NCBI GenBank assembly: GCA_963736855.1
Contig: CAVTQK010000009.1
Location: forward strand, 1-64,000
Length of the DNA: 64,000 bases
Source: an uncultured delta proteobacterium
GTDB lineage: Bacteria; Desulfobacterota; Desulfobacteria; Desulfobacterales; UBA2156
Reading direction: 5' to 3'
In this document: one piece after another, positions 9,454 to 19,495 of the stretch
How positions within the stretch are numbered: the stretch's first letter is position 1
Layout: each line of letters starts with the position of its first letter
Position numbers and translations under genes: made by a program
The notes under the pieces: generated by a model
What the model saw: the letters and a program-made list of their open reading frames with translations, nothing else
What the model was told of the DNA's origin: nothing
The model's database searches: none

Positions 9454-10758
9454 TCACCGGTAAATGATGGAAGGCAGCCAAAGGGTGAGCGGCGGCCAGA
9501 AACAGGAGATCAGCAGCGCACCCATGGCCACCGCCACCAGCGGCATCGCGGCCCGGCTCACCTGGCCTAAAGGCAGGCCGGAAATGCCGCAGCTCACGAA
9601 AAGACAGATACCTACCGGCGGGGTGAGCATGCCGATGGCCAGGTTGACCACCATCAGCACCCCGAACTGGACCGGATCCACCCCCATCTGGGGCGCCAAT
9701 GCGACCAGCACCGGCACGAGCAGAATCAGGGCCGCGGTGGTTTCCATGACGCAACCCATGACCAATAGGCCCGCCATGACGAGCAGCAGCAGCCCCCAGG
9801 GGGGCAAGGCCAGGGTGTTGATGGCGTTTTGCACCAACTGGGTGGTCTGCTGCATCGCCACCAGCCAGGTGAAGACCTTGGCCATGGCGATGATGAACAA
9901 GATTGTGGCGGCCACAATCTGGGAGCGGACGATCAGGGCCGGCATATCGTTCCATTTGAGCTTTTTGTTGATGGCCATGGCGACGACCAGTGCATAAAAG
10001 ACGGCCAGGGCCGCGGCTTCGGTGACGGTGACCACTCCAGAGAGAATCCCTCCCAAAACGATCACAGGAGCTCCCAGGGCCCAGATCGCCTCCTTTGTGG
10101 CGATCCCGACCTGCTTGAGCGAAAAGGGGCGGCGCATGCCGTATCCGCAGCGCCAGGATGTCCAGACCGCCACGGCCATGAAGCTTAACCCGAAGAGCAG
10201 TCCCACCAGTATCCCTCCGACAAAGAGCCGGGCGATGGATACATTGGTCAAAAAACCGAAGATGACCATGGGGATGGACGGCGGGATGATCACACCGATG
10301 GAACCGCCCGCAGCCACCAGGGCCGCGGAAAAAGCCGGCGGATACCCCTGCCGAACCATGGCCGGTATGGCGATAGCCCCCAGGGCGGCCGTGTCGGCGG
10401 CAGCGGACCCTGAAATGCCGGCAAAGAACATGGAGGCTACAATAACAGCACAGGCCAGTCCTCCCGGCACCCAGCCCACGAGGCTGTCGGAAAAATCGAT
10501 GAGCTGGCGCGATATCCCCCCGGTTTCCATGATCGCACCGGCGAGCATGAACAGGGGGATGGCGAGCAGGTCAAAAGAATCCACCCCGGCAAAAAGCAGT
10601 TGAATAATCGTCTGGCCCAAAGCCGAGAGCTGCACTCCTGCTGGAAAAACCCCGGGGGTGAGCATCAGACCGATGGCCGGCAACCCGATGGACAGGGCGA
10701 TGGGCATCCCTAAAGCGATGAGAAGAAATAGACAGGCGAAAAGAATACCCACAATCAT
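9454..10758 (-). CDS. dctM: TRAP transporter large permease
   Basis: LLAIPLFMLAG, SGSAAAD, IIPPSIP, GMLTPPVG. Confidence 0.93.
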   Translation of the reverse strand: MIVGILFACLFLLIALGMPIALSIGLPAIGLMLTPGVFPAGVQLSALGQTIIQLLFAGVDSFDLLAIPLFMLAGAIMETGGISRQLIDFSDSLVGWVPGGLACAVIVASMFFAGISGSAAADTAALGAIAIPAMVRQGYPPAFSAALVAAGGSIGVIIPPSIPMVIFGFLTNVSIARLFVGGILVGLLFGLSFMAVAVWTSWRCGYGMRRPFSLKQVGIATKEAIWALGAPVIVLGGILSGVVTVTEAAALAVFYALVVAMAINKKLKWNDMPALIVRSQIVAATILFIIAMAKVFTWLVAMQQTTQLVQNAINTLALPPWGLLLLVMAGLLVMGCVMETTAALILLVPVLVALAPQMGVDPVQFGVLMVVNLAIGMLTPPVGICLFVSCGISGLPLGQVSRAAMPLVAVAMGALLISCFWPPLTLWLPSIIYR

Positions 10759-11225
10759 GGCGTCTGACGCCTGAGCGATCGAGCCATATCGGCCAGCACA
10801 TGAATCACAAAAATAACTGCGGCAATGGGGATTGAGGCAAAAGGGATCGACATGGGAATCTGCAGCGAAGATGAAGTGTGCTCTCCGGCCTTGATCGTGT
10901 AAACGGCACCGAACCAGGCAATCAAGGAAAAAACAACCAGAGTCAACACCTGCAGGGCCACCACGATGATCTGCTGGACAACCGGCCCCAGGTGATCGCC
11001 GAAGCCCTTCAATCCGATGAAGTTGGCCCGCTTGTAGGCGACCGTTCCGCCGAGGAAGGTGATGGCCACGAGCAGATGGCGGCTCACCTCCTCGGACCAG
11101 CCCAAAGAGGCCCCGGCATAGCGGAAGATGACCTGGGCGAATAAAATGATGCAGATCGCCGTTCCGATGATAAGCAGTACTTTTTCAACGATACTGTTGA
11201 TCACCTGGCTTACAATCTGTACCAT
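10755..11225 (-). CDS. dctQ: TRAP transporter small permease
   Basis: QVIFRY...WSEEVSR, four TM segments, lies between dctP and dctM. Confidence 0.9.
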   Translation of the reverse strand: MVQIVSQVINSIVEKVLLIIGTAICIILFAQVIFRYAGASLGWSEEVSRHLLVAITFLGGTVAYKRANFIGLKGFGDHLGPVVQQIIVVALQVLTLVVFSLIAWFGAVYTIKAGEHTSSSLQIPMSIPFASIPIAAVIFVIHVLADMARSLRRQTP

Positions 11226-11268
11226 TAATTTTTTCCTGAAGACCCCGTTCGGCAAATTCCCTATCAAA

Positions 11269-11405
11269 TCCGAAGCACGAAACGCCAAGCAAATTCAAAT
11301 TGCCCGAAAGAAAATGACGGAAACCCGGATGTCCAGTCACCCAAGAGAGGGTGTGTCGTTTAGATTATTCGGATTGATTCCGGATTCCGAGTTTCGTGCT
11401 TCGGA
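11269..11405. repeat. Intergenic element with perfect 15-bp terminal inverted repeats
   Basis: TCCGAAGCACGAAAC ... GTTTCGTGCTTCGGA. Confidence 0.65.
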
Positions 11406-11415
11406 CAGACTGCTT

Positions 11416-12390
11416 TCATTTAACGATCTGCTGAATCTGGTCCACCAGTTTTTTAGTGTCGCCTGTAGCGCTCTCGATCACGGTGGCTGTCGCCTTGCGA
11501 AAAGCCGTAAGGTCCGGCTTTTCTTCCACCTGCATTCCGGCCGCCTTAAGCTCGGCCAGTTGCTTGGCCTCATTGTCGCGGATATAGCTGCGTCCCTGAA
11601 GCGCCGCCTTCTTGGCACAGTCCAAAATGACCTTGCGTTCGGCTTCCGGCAGACCGTCGATGAAGGCCTTGTTGGCCACAAAGACGAGGGCCGAATAGAC
11701 ATGGCGGGTCAGGGTCAGATGCTTTTGGCCGGCCTCGATCAGCTTGGCCGCGTGAATCACGGCGATGGGGTTTTCCTGGCCGTCGATGACGCCTTGCTGA
11801 AGCTGAGTGAAAATGGGCCAGGCCATCGGTGTGGGGTTGGCCCCGATGGCTCTCCAGATAGCCAGGTGCGTGGGGGCTTCCATGGTGCGGATTTTCAAGG
11901 CCTTAAGGTCTTCGGGCGTTTTTACCGGGCGCTTGGAGTTGGTGACGTTGCGAAACCCGTTGTCCAGAAAGGCCATAGCGAGAAAGCCGGATTTTTCGAA
12001 TTTTTTTCCAAGTTCCTGGCCGACAGCCCCGTCCAGGACCTTATCGGCCGCCTCGTAGGAAGGAAATACAAAGGGCATCTCCAGGGCTTTAATCTCCGGC
12101 ACAAAGGCTTCGATGGGACCCGTGGTGCACACCGACATCTGGGTGGTCCCCAACTGGATCTGCTGGAGCACCTGGGTTTCGCTGCCCAGGGCCGCGGAGT
12201 GGTGTACGTTGACAACGCACTTGCCGGGAAGGGCTTTTTCCACGCACTCCTTGAACCAGACCGCGGATCGGGTGTGGACAAAGTCCGGGTTGGTGACCGT
12301 GGCGATGTTGATCTGGGTCTGGGCACCAACCGTGCCTGTCAGGGCCGCCATGCAGACGGCTGCCAAAAGAGCGATGATCGGATTGCGCAT
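11416..12390 (-). CDS. dctP: TRAP substrate-binding protein
   Basis: Signal peptide, NGFRNVT, LKIRTM, QGVIDGQENP. Confidence 0.93.
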   Translation of the reverse strand: MRNPIIALLAAVCMAALTGTVGAQTQINIATVTNPDFVHTRSAVWFKECVEKALPGKCVVNVHHSAALGSETQVLQQIQLGTTQMSVCTTGPIEAFVPEIKALEMPFVFPSYEAADKVLDGAVGQELGKKFEKSGFLAMAFLDNGFRNVTNSKRPVKTPEDLKALKIRTMEAPTHLAIWRAIGANPTPMAWPIFTQLQQGVIDGQENPIAVIHAAKLIEAGQKHLTLTRHVYSALVFVANKAFIDGLPEAERKVILDCAKKAALQGRSYIRDNEAKQLAELKAAGMQVEEKPDLTAFRKATATVIESATGDTKKLVDQIQQIVK

Positions 12391-12419
12391 GGGTGTTACC
12401 TCCTGTTTTGCTTGAAGGG

Positions 12420-14072
12420 TTATTTTGGTGTTGCTTCCTTGCCGTAACAGTTGATTCCCGTATAGGTCTTTCGGAAAGTCTCCAGCATGCGGGGCAATTT
12501 GCGTTCCGGTACCCGCACCGCAGATAGGCGGTCTCTGATCTGAACCGGAGTGAGTCTCACATCAATTTTGCGTTGGGGAACGTCGATGTCGATGATATCG
12601 CCGTTTTGGATTGCGGCGATGGGTCCGCCGTTATAGGCCTCCATCTCCACATGGCCGACGCTCAGCCCGCTGGTGGCTCCGGAAAAACGGCCGTCTGTAA
12701 TCAGAGCCACCCGTTGATAGCCGGCCCCCTTGATGGCATCGGTGGGAGTGAGCATTTCCGGCATTCCCGGTCCGCCGGCCGGGCCTTGAAAGGGAAGGAC
12801 GACGACGTCGCCCTCGGCGATCTGTCCGGACGCAATGTCGTTCAGGAGAGATTCTTCCGTAAAAAACACCTTTGCCGGTCCTGTGAAAACAAGCATCTCG
12901 GGATTGACTGCGGTCTGTTTGACCACGGCGCTGGAAGCAATATTCCCCTTAAGCACGGCGATCCCGCCTTCGGCGTGATAGGGATTATCCAAGGGTCGGA
13001 TCACCTGTGAATCTGCCACTTCCGCCTCGGAAGCCACCCGGCGGATTGAGCTGCCGGTGACGGTCGGATTTTCATTGAGAAGAGGAAGGAGGCGCTTCAG
13101 GACAGCCGGTATCCCGCCGGCGGCGTCCACATCTGCCATCTCGTAGGGGCCCCCGGGAATGATTGAACAAATGTTCGGCGTATGTCGGGAAATTCGGTCA
13201 AATTCCTCGACCTCGATATCGATCCCGGCTTCGCGGGCAATGGCCGGGATGTGCAGGACTGTATTGGTCGATCCTCCCATGGCCATGTCCACGCGGATCG
13301 CATTTTCAAAGGCGGCCCGGGTCATGATGGTGCGGGGCCGCACATCGGTCTTGACCAGCTCGACAATGCGCCGGCCGGATTCATAAGCTTGCTGTTTTTT
13401 TTTCGGATCCAAAGCGATGGTGGTAGCACAACGGGTCACCGACATTCCCAGGGCCTCGGTTACCACCGCCATGGTGTTGGCGGTATAAAGCCCGACGCAG
13501 GAGCCGGCCCCGCAGACCATATCGTCAAGCATCTGTTCGGCTTCATCCGCGGAAATTTTTCCGGCCTTGACACGGCCCACGATGCCGAAGCCGACAATCG
13601 GATGGCATTTCCGGCCTTGGACCACATTGGCCTTCATGGGTCCGCCGGTGAGAATTAAGGCGGGAAGGTCCAGGCGGGCCGCGGCCATCAGCATGCCGGG
13701 GGTGATCTTGTCGCAGTTGGTCACGCCGACCCATCCATCCAGCGAGTGGGAGAGAACCATAATTTCGATGTTGTCGGCGATGTGTTCCCGACTGGGAAGG
13801 CTCAGGCGCATCTCCACAAACATGGCAATGCCGTCGCAAACACCGGGCACTCCCCATTGAAAGGGGACACCGCCGGCATCGCGGATACCCCTGCAGACTT
13901 CCCGGGTCAACTCGTCCAGGTGGATGTGCCCGGGGATCAAGTTATTGAAGCTGTTGGCGACACCGATAAAGGGCTTACCGGCTTCAAAGTCCTCCCGTCG
14001 GGTACCGGCGGACATCAGCAGTGCCCTGTGGGGAAGGGTTTCGATGTTTTTTTTCAAGATGTCCGAGCGCAT
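12420..14072 (-). CDS. ilvD: Dihydroxy-acid dehydratase (IlvD/Edd family)
   Basis: PGHIHL, VCDGIAM, NCDKITPG, GSC..LYTANTM, GGPGMPEML, TDGRFSG. Confidence 0.9.
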   Translation of the reverse strand: MRSDILKKNIETLPHRALLMSAGTRREDFEAGKPFIGVANSFNNLIPGHIHLDELTREVCRGIRDAGGVPFQWGVPGVCDGIAMFVEMRLSLPSREHIADNIEIMVLSHSLDGWVGVTNCDKITPGMLMAAARLDLPALILTGGPMKANVVQGRKCHPIVGFGIVGRVKAGKISADEAEQMLDDMVCGAGSCVGLYTANTMAVVTEALGMSVTRCATTIALDPKKKQQAYESGRRIVELVKTDVRPRTIMTRAAFENAIRVDMAMGGSTNTVLHIPAIAREAGIDIEVEEFDRISRHTPNICSIIPGGPYEMADVDAAGGIPAVLKRLLPLLNENPTVTGSSIRRVASEAEVADSQVIRPLDNPYHAEGGIAVLKGNIASSAVVKQTAVNPEMLVFTGPAKVFFTEESLLNDIASGQIAEGDVVVLPFQGPAGGPGMPEMLTPTDAIKGAGYQRVALITDGRFSGATSGLSVGHVEMEAYNGGPIAAIQNGDIIDIDVPQRKIDVRLTPVQIRDRLSAVRVPERKLPRMLETFRKTYTGINCYGKEATPK

Positions 14073-14147
14073 GATCTTTTTCCTCCTTCATCTTCCAATT
14101 GTGTTGCCATCAACCAGGGAAAAAGATAAGTTTACTAAAAATAAACT

Positions 14148-14182
14148 TGTTGCAGATTATTCAACTTATTTCTTGATGTCAA
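14148..14182 (-). promoter_or_regulatory. Putative sigma70 promoter for ilvD-dctPQM with overlapping palindromic operator
   Basis: Minus strand TTGACA-17 bp-TAATCT; GTTG...CAAC inverted repeat at 14148-14165. Confidence 0.45.
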
Positions 14183-14379
14183 GGTTTTTTTCGGTATAAT
14201 GGACCCCGGTTCCGGCCCATGTGGCCGGCGGCAAGGCAGTTTGTTCGCCGGTGCAGTGTGACCCTTTAACGGTTGCAAGGGAGGCGCGGGGCAACTTCTT
14301 ACCCAACCCCGGCGGGGAGAGGACAAGGAGGGACGGCCCTATTGTTTCAGAAAAGATACCGATTGACTGGGGAAACAAA

Positions 14380-14985
14380 ATGATTGAACAACAGGTTGCG
14401 CGAAGGATCCGCGAGATTCGCAAATCCAAGGACTTAACCCTGGAACGCCTGGGAGAAAAGGCCGGCATCTCCCGCGGAATGCTATCCCGTCTCGAGAACA
14501 ACCAGTGTTCCCCGCCCATCGCCACCTTGTCCAAAATCGCCCAGGCCCTGGAAGTTCCCATCGGCGTCTTTTTTCAGGAAGACCTCCCGGCGGCATCCCA
14601 ACGATTTGCGATAACCCACCGCGACCAGCGTGTACAGGCGGTCCGCCATGGGGCTCAGATCGGTTTCACCTATTGGGCATTCAACAAAGCCAGGAATCTG
14701 CACCTGATCGAGGCCTTCATCATTCAGCATCCGGCTGTAAAAAAAGCGCCCAAGATGCTTTTTGATCATCCCGGGGAAGAGTTTTTGCTGGTGCTCAGCG
14801 GAAGCGTCGAACTCGTGATCGGCCGGGAAATCATTCGACTGGACACGGGCGATGCCGTCCATTTCGATCCTTCCGTGGCGCACAGGGTGCAAAACCGGGG
14901 AAAAACCCGCGCTGAATGCCTGGTTGTCGTGGCAGGAGAAAAAAGCTATGCCCGACCGGCAGGAACCGGAATTGAACAAAGATAA
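14380..14985 (+). CDS. XRE-family HTH plus cupin transcriptional regulator
   Basis: LTLERLGEKAGISRGMLSRLENN; HPGEEF...GDAVHFDPSVAH. Confidence 0.9.
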   Translation: MIEQQVARRIREIRKSKDLTLERLGEKAGISRGMLSRLENNQCSPPIATLSKIAQALEVPIGVFFQEDLPAASQRFAITHRDQRVQAVRHGAQIGFTYWAFNKARNLHLIEAFIIQHPAVKKAPKMLFDHPGEEFLLVLSGSVELVIGREIIRLDTGDAVHFDPSVAHRVQNRGKTRAECLVVVAGEKSYARPAGTGIEQR

Positions 14986-15038
14986 ATCATTCGGTTACAT
15001 GAGGGGTCAAGGAGGCCTCCGGGCCATAAGATCCAGGC

Positions 15039-16751
15039 CTATCCGGTTCGGAAGAAAGACTTTTCCAGAAAGGCGTCGGTCCATTGAATAAAGGTGGGTC
15101 TTCCATGGGGGCAGTGGGCGGGATTACGGCAAGCATGAAGCTTATCGATAATATCCGCCATCGCCTCCTTTGATAGGATCTGCCCGGCCCGAACCGCCGC
15201 ATGACAGGCGATGACCGCCAGGCAATGGTCACGGGCTGCTTCCAAAAACCCGGCAATGCCGGTATCGGCCGCCTTCTCCACCATTTCCCGGATCAGGGGC
15301 ATCAACGACGTGCCGCTCAAAATCCCGGGAACCGATTTGACGACAAAGGCGTTCTCTCCAAAGGGTTCGATTTCCATCCCTAAAGCGTTGAGAAAAGGAA
15401 GAAGCTTCTCGAGGATCCGGGACTCCCGAAAGCCGAACTCCAGGGTCTCCGGAAAGAGCAACTGTTGCGCCAACGGCCGATCGGCGTTTTGAATCTGTTC
15501 GAACAAAATCCGTTCATGGGCCGCATGTTGGTCAATCAGCATCAGCCCTTCTTTCGATTCGCACACGATGTAGCTTTCACGAAACTGTCCGATCACCCGC
15601 AATAAATCGGTCTGTGAAGCTTCCCAGAGGGGCGTCTGCACATTTGCACTTCCAGGGGCTTTCTGCAGGATCGACATGGGGATTGGCTCATAGAGAGCAG
15701 GCTGATCCCGAATCTCCAGGGGCCTTGGGCTTGAGCCGCTTCCGGGCTTTAAGGAAAACGATTCGGCCGCCTCAAGAGCCTTTGCAACCGCATCGGTCAC
15801 CTGATCGTGAATCCACTGCCGGCGGACGAATCGGACCTCATTTTTAGTCGGATGTACGTTGACGTCCACCTGATCTTCAGGGATTTGAATCTTGAGGACG
15901 GCCATAGGAAACAGCCCTTTTATCAGTCTTCCCCGAAACCCTTCCATCAGGGCGTGCAAAAGGATCCGGTCTCTGACGAATCGGCCGTTGACATAGATGA
16001 AGATGGACCGACTCGTGGTGCGGGTCTCTTTTGGCAGGACGACCCAACCGTTAATCACAAGGTCTTCCCTGGTGTGCCGGACCTCTTTAAAGCTATTGGT
16101 GAGGTCGCTTCCCAGGACTTCAACGGCACGCGTCAGAGCCCGGGGCTCCGGGGAGAATTGTCGGATCGTCCTTCCGTTGCCGGTTAGTTCAAAAACCACC
16201 TGCGGCCACCCCAGGGCGATCCGATCGACGGCGTCCGCGATATGCCCCATCTCCGTGGAAATGCCTTTTAAAAATTTACGCCTGGCCGGCGTGTTGAAAA
16301 AAAGATCTTCCACAGCAACCAGGGTTCCTTTGGGGGCGCCGGTCTGGGCTACCCGCAGGATTTTCCCCCCCTGGACCCGAATCTCGGTCCCCGGTTGATC
16401 CGGATCATCGTTGGTCACCAGTGTCAAGCGGGAAACCGCTGCGATGCTGGGGAGCGCCTCGCCGCGGAACCCCAAGGTCTTGATGGCAAAAAGGTCTTTA
16501 TCCGTTTGGATTTTACTGGTCGCATACCGTTCCAGCGCCAGCAATGCATCGTCTCTCCCCATCCCGCATCCGTTGTCTGATACGCGAATGAGGGAACAAC
16601 CCCCTTTTTCCACCTCTACGAGCACACGAGTACTTCCCGCATCCAGGGCGTTTTCCACAAGTTCCTTCACCACCGAAGCGGGGCGCTCGACGACCTCTCC
16701 GGCAGCGATCTTGTTGGAGACCGCTTCGGGAAGGATCCGAATCCTCGGCAC
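15039..16751 (-). CDS. mutL: DNA mismatch repair endonuclease MutL
   Basis: IAAGEVVERPASVVKELVENALDAG, GFRGEAL, DQHAAHERILFE, CPHGRP. Confidence 0.97.
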   Translation of the reverse strand: MPRIRILPEAVSNKIAAGEVVERPASVVKELVENALDAGSTRVLVEVEKGGCSLIRVSDNGCGMGRDDALLALERYATSKIQTDKDLFAIKTLGFRGEALPSIAAVSRLTLVTNDDPDQPGTEIRVQGGKILRVAQTGAPKGTLVAVEDLFFNTPARRKFLKGISTEMGHIADAVDRIALGWPQVVFELTGNGRTIRQFSPEPRALTRAVEVLGSDLTNSFKEVRHTREDLVINGWVVLPKETRTTSRSIFIYVNGRFVRDRILLHALMEGFRGRLIKGLFPMAVLKIQIPEDQVDVNVHPTKNEVRFVRRQWIHDQVTDAVAKALEAAESFSLKPGSGSSPRPLEIRDQPALYEPIPMSILQKAPGSANVQTPLWEASQTDLLRVIGQFRESYIVCESKEGLMLIDQHAAHERILFEQIQNADRPLAQQLLFPETLEFGFRESRILEKLLPFLNALGMEIEPFGENAFVVKSVPGILSGTSLMPLIREMVEKAADTGIAGFLEAARDHCLAVIACHAAVRAGQILSKEAMADIIDKLHACRNPAHCPHGRPTFIQWTDAFLEKSFFRTG

Positions 16752-16813
16752 GCTTCCTCCTCATCCGGACGAGCGGATGCAGACAACCCGGCGGGTCCGG
16801 TTTAATCCTATCC

Positions 16814-16990
16814 TTATTTCTTTTTCTGGATGGTTTTGGTTAAAAATTCGGCCTCGATAGGAGACAGATCGAATTTCAGGCACGCGTCGCGGATGAGCTC
16901 CCCCATGGTCTTTTCAGGGCTAAAAGACGCCTCCTCTAAAACCCATTTCACCGCTTTTCTCAGGTCTTCACCTTCCGGCTGAATGGACAT
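16814..16990 (-). CDS. Small 58-aa hypothetical protein (below the ORF-track cutoff)
   Basis: AAGGAG RBS right after the gatA stop; MSIQPEGEDLRKAVKWVLEE...DACLKFDLSPIEAEFL; fills the gatA-mutL gap. Confidence 0.75.
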   Translation of the reverse strand: MSIQPEGEDLRKAVKWVLEEASFSPEKTMGELIRDACLKFDLSPIEAEFLTKTIQKKK

Positions 16991-17000
16991 GTCGACTCCT

Positions 17001-18461
17001 TTACAACTGAGGTTTCTTCAAATGAAAATCGGTGGCTTTTTCAAAATGATACGCCGCCCGATAGAGCATCGTTTCGTCAAAATGATTTCCCATGAGCTGC
17101 AATCCGATGGGAAGCCCCTCCTTTGAAAATCCGCATGGGATGGAGATTCCGGGAATGCCGGAAAGATTCGCGGACAGAGTGAACACATCGGACAGGTACA
17201 TGGTCAGCGGGTCTTCGACCTTTTCGCCGATGGGAAACGCCGGAGTCGGTGCCACAGGGGAAAGGAGAATCTGACAGGTTTCAAAGGCCTTCTTGAAATC
17301 CTGAATGATCAGGGTCCGGATCTGGGACGCTTTCTTATAGTAGGCATCATAATAACCGGCGGAGAGACAGTAAGTGCCGATGACGATTCGGCGTTGGACT
17401 TCCGGCCCAAACCCTTTGCTTCGGGTTTTGCAATACATGCTGCTCAGGTCGCCGGCCTCCGGATCCCGAAAACCGTATTTTACGCCGTCATACCGAGCCA
17501 GGTTGGAGCTGGCTTCCGAAGGGGCGATCACATAATAGGCGGCCACCGCATAGGGGGTATGGGGGAGCGATACTTCCACACATCGGGCGCCCAGGCTTTC
17601 GATTGTTTGTATGGACTTTGAGAAAGCTTCGGAGACATCCGCGTCCATGCCCTCCGGGGATCGATACTCCACGGGCACGCCGATAGTGACGCCTTTGAGC
17701 CCTTCTTTGAAATCTCTTGTATAGTCAGGCACAGGCACCGACGCCGAGGTGGAATCCTTAGGGTCATGCCCGGATATGACGCGCATCAGCAGAGCGCTGT
17801 CGTAAACAGACTTGGCCAGCACGCCCACCTGATCCAGAGAGGAGGCAAACGCCACCAATCCGAACCGGGATACCCTGCCGTAAGTGGGTTTCATCCCCAC
17901 CACGCCGCAGTGGGCGGCGGGCTGCCGTACGGATCCCCCGGTGTCCGATCCGAGGGCACCCAGGCACATGTCTGCGGCAACCGCGGCGGCCGAACCCCCG
18001 CTGGATCCTCCCGGAATCCTGGAAAGATCCCACGGGTTCCGGGTGACTTTAAAGGCCGAATATTCGGTGGAAGACCCCATGGCGAACTCGTCCATATTGG
18101 TTTTTCCGATAATGACGGCACCGGCCTCCCGCAACCGTTGTATTGCTGTGGCATCATAAGGCGGGATAAAATTTTCCAGGATTCTGGAGCCGCAGGTGGT
18201 GCGGATACCCCGGGTGCACAGGACATCTTTCACGGCAACAGGAATTCCTAAAAGCCCGGAAGGATCTCCTGCATCGATCCGCCGGTCCGCTTCCCGGGCT
18301 TGTTCCATGGCGGATGTTTCAACAAGAGTGATAAAGGCGCCCACCTTGTCTTCGATGCTGCGGATTCGTTCCATCACGGCCCGGATCAGCTCCACGGCCG
18401 TAATCTTCTTTTCTCTCAAGAGGGCCTGGGCCTGTTGTATCGTCAGCATGTGCAGATTCAT
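17001..18461 (-). CDS. gatA: Asp/Glu-tRNA amidotransferase subunit A
   Basis: GKTNMDEFAMGSS, GGSSGGS, GSDTGGSVRQPA, SSNLARYDG. Confidence 0.97.
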   Translation of the reverse strand: MNLHMLTIQQAQALLREKKITAVELIRAVMERIRSIEDKVGAFITLVETSAMEQAREADRRIDAGDPSGLLGIPVAVKDVLCTRGIRTTCGSRILENFIPPYDATAIQRLREAGAVIIGKTNMDEFAMGSSTEYSAFKVTRNPWDLSRIPGGSSGGSAAAVAADMCLGALGSDTGGSVRQPAAHCGVVGMKPTYGRVSRFGLVAFASSLDQVGVLAKSVYDSALLMRVISGHDPKDSTSASVPVPDYTRDFKEGLKGVTIGVPVEYRSPEGMDADVSEAFSKSIQTIESLGARCVEVSLPHTPYAVAAYYVIAPSEASSNLARYDGVKYGFRDPEAGDLSSMYCKTRSKGFGPEVQRRIVIGTYCLSAGYYDAYYKKASQIRTLIIQDFKKAFETCQILLSPVAPTPAFPIGEKVEDPLTMYLSDVFTLSANLSGIPGISIPCGFSKEGLPIGLQLMGNHFDETMLYRAAYHFEKATDFHLKKPQL

Positions 18462-18474
18462 AATAAGCCCTCCC

Positions 18475-18765
18475 TTACTCCTGAATGACTTTCGGGACGA
18501 TGAAATCTCCGTCATTTGCTTGAGGCGCGTTGGAAAGGGCCAGTTCCCTGTCGAGATGCTCGGCCCGTTCATCCTCACGAAATGCGTTGGTCAGGGAAAG
18601 GGTATTAGACGTCGGGGGGACGTTTTGGGTATCCACTCGGTTCAACTGAGCCACGTATCCGAGGACTTCACCGATCTGCGCGCACATCCGATCGACGGTC
18701 TTGTCGTCCAGATCGAGACGGGCGAGCCCGGCCACCTGGATAACCTCTTCACGGGTGATGTTCAT
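18475..18765 (-). CDS. gatC: Asp/Glu-tRNA amidotransferase subunit C
   Basis: ITREEV..VA.LARL...FRED...ALSNAP...FIVPKVI. Confidence 0.95.
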   Translation of the reverse strand: MNITREEVIQVAGLARLDLDDKTVDRMCAQIGEVLGYVAQLNRVDTQNVPPTSNTLSLTNAFREDERAEHLDRELALSNAPQANDGDFIVPKVIQE

Positions 18766-18772
18766 GGTTTCC

Positions 18773-19486
18773 TCACTGGGAATTTCGGTTGACAATAATG
18801 GGTTGCAGGCGTTCCTTTTTCAGGTTTTCCAGCATGACCGAAGCTTCCTCCCTGCTGCTAAAAAGCCCTATTCGAACCCGATACCACACGCCTTTATCGG
18901 GGATCATTATCCCCTCGAAATAGGCAGGATACCCTTTCTTCTTTAAGTCCTCTGCCAACTTCCGGGCGTCGTTTTGGTTGGGCAAAGAAGCCACCTGAAG
19001 GGTCATCCGTTTTTCGGATCCATTCGTGCTGTTATTCATCGTCGTCCCGGAAACGCCGGCATCCTTTTTCCCGTTTTCCATGCCTGGGGTAGTCAGGGCT
19101 CTGGGTTCCGTCTTGCTTTCAGGTAAAGGCGGCTTCTGCGGTGCCTGGGTTTTTGGGACTTCCGGCGTCTCTTTTTTGACTGCCGGTTTCTTTCTCGACT
19201 CCCTCAACGCATCGTAAAAACTAAAGTCTGCCGGGGCTTCCTGGGACTTGGCCGGGATCTTGAATTGCTTGATTTCGCTTTCCAGCAACGACGCTTTTGC
19301 CTGAGCCAGTTGCTTTTTCAACTCCTCTATATCGTAGTGTAAAGGGGCGACCCCTCTCCCCACCAGGACACCCAAAAAGAACGTCCATGCCGAGACGAAT
19401 AGGATCGCTGCGATCCACAGCGTACGCCGGGTTTTTAGCCTGCGGGCGGGGGAAGACTCGCCGCTTTCTTTATCACCTCCGGCCAT
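18773..19486 (-). CDS. SPOR-domain membrane-anchored protein (FtsN-like)
   Basis: N-terminal TM, FSFYDAL, LQVASL...WYRVRIG; downstream of argS. Confidence 0.88.
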   Translation of the reverse strand: MAGGDKESGESSPARRLKTRRTLWIAAILFVSAWTFFLGVLVGRGVAPLHYDIEELKKQLAQAKASLLESEIKQFKIPAKSQEAPADFSFYDALRESRKKPAVKKETPEVPKTQAPQKPPLPESKTEPRALTTPGMENGKKDAGVSGTTMNNSTNGSEKRMTLQVASLPNQNDARKLAEDLKKKGYPAYFEGIMIPDKGVWYRVRIGLFSSREEASVMLENLKKERLQPIIVNRNSQ

Positions 19487-19495
19487 GTGCAATTC

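Noticed and set aside
11128..12447. Long antisense ORFs (also 20378-21211, 43439-44416 and others)
   Set aside because: Shadow frames of well-supported genes in GC-rich coding DNA
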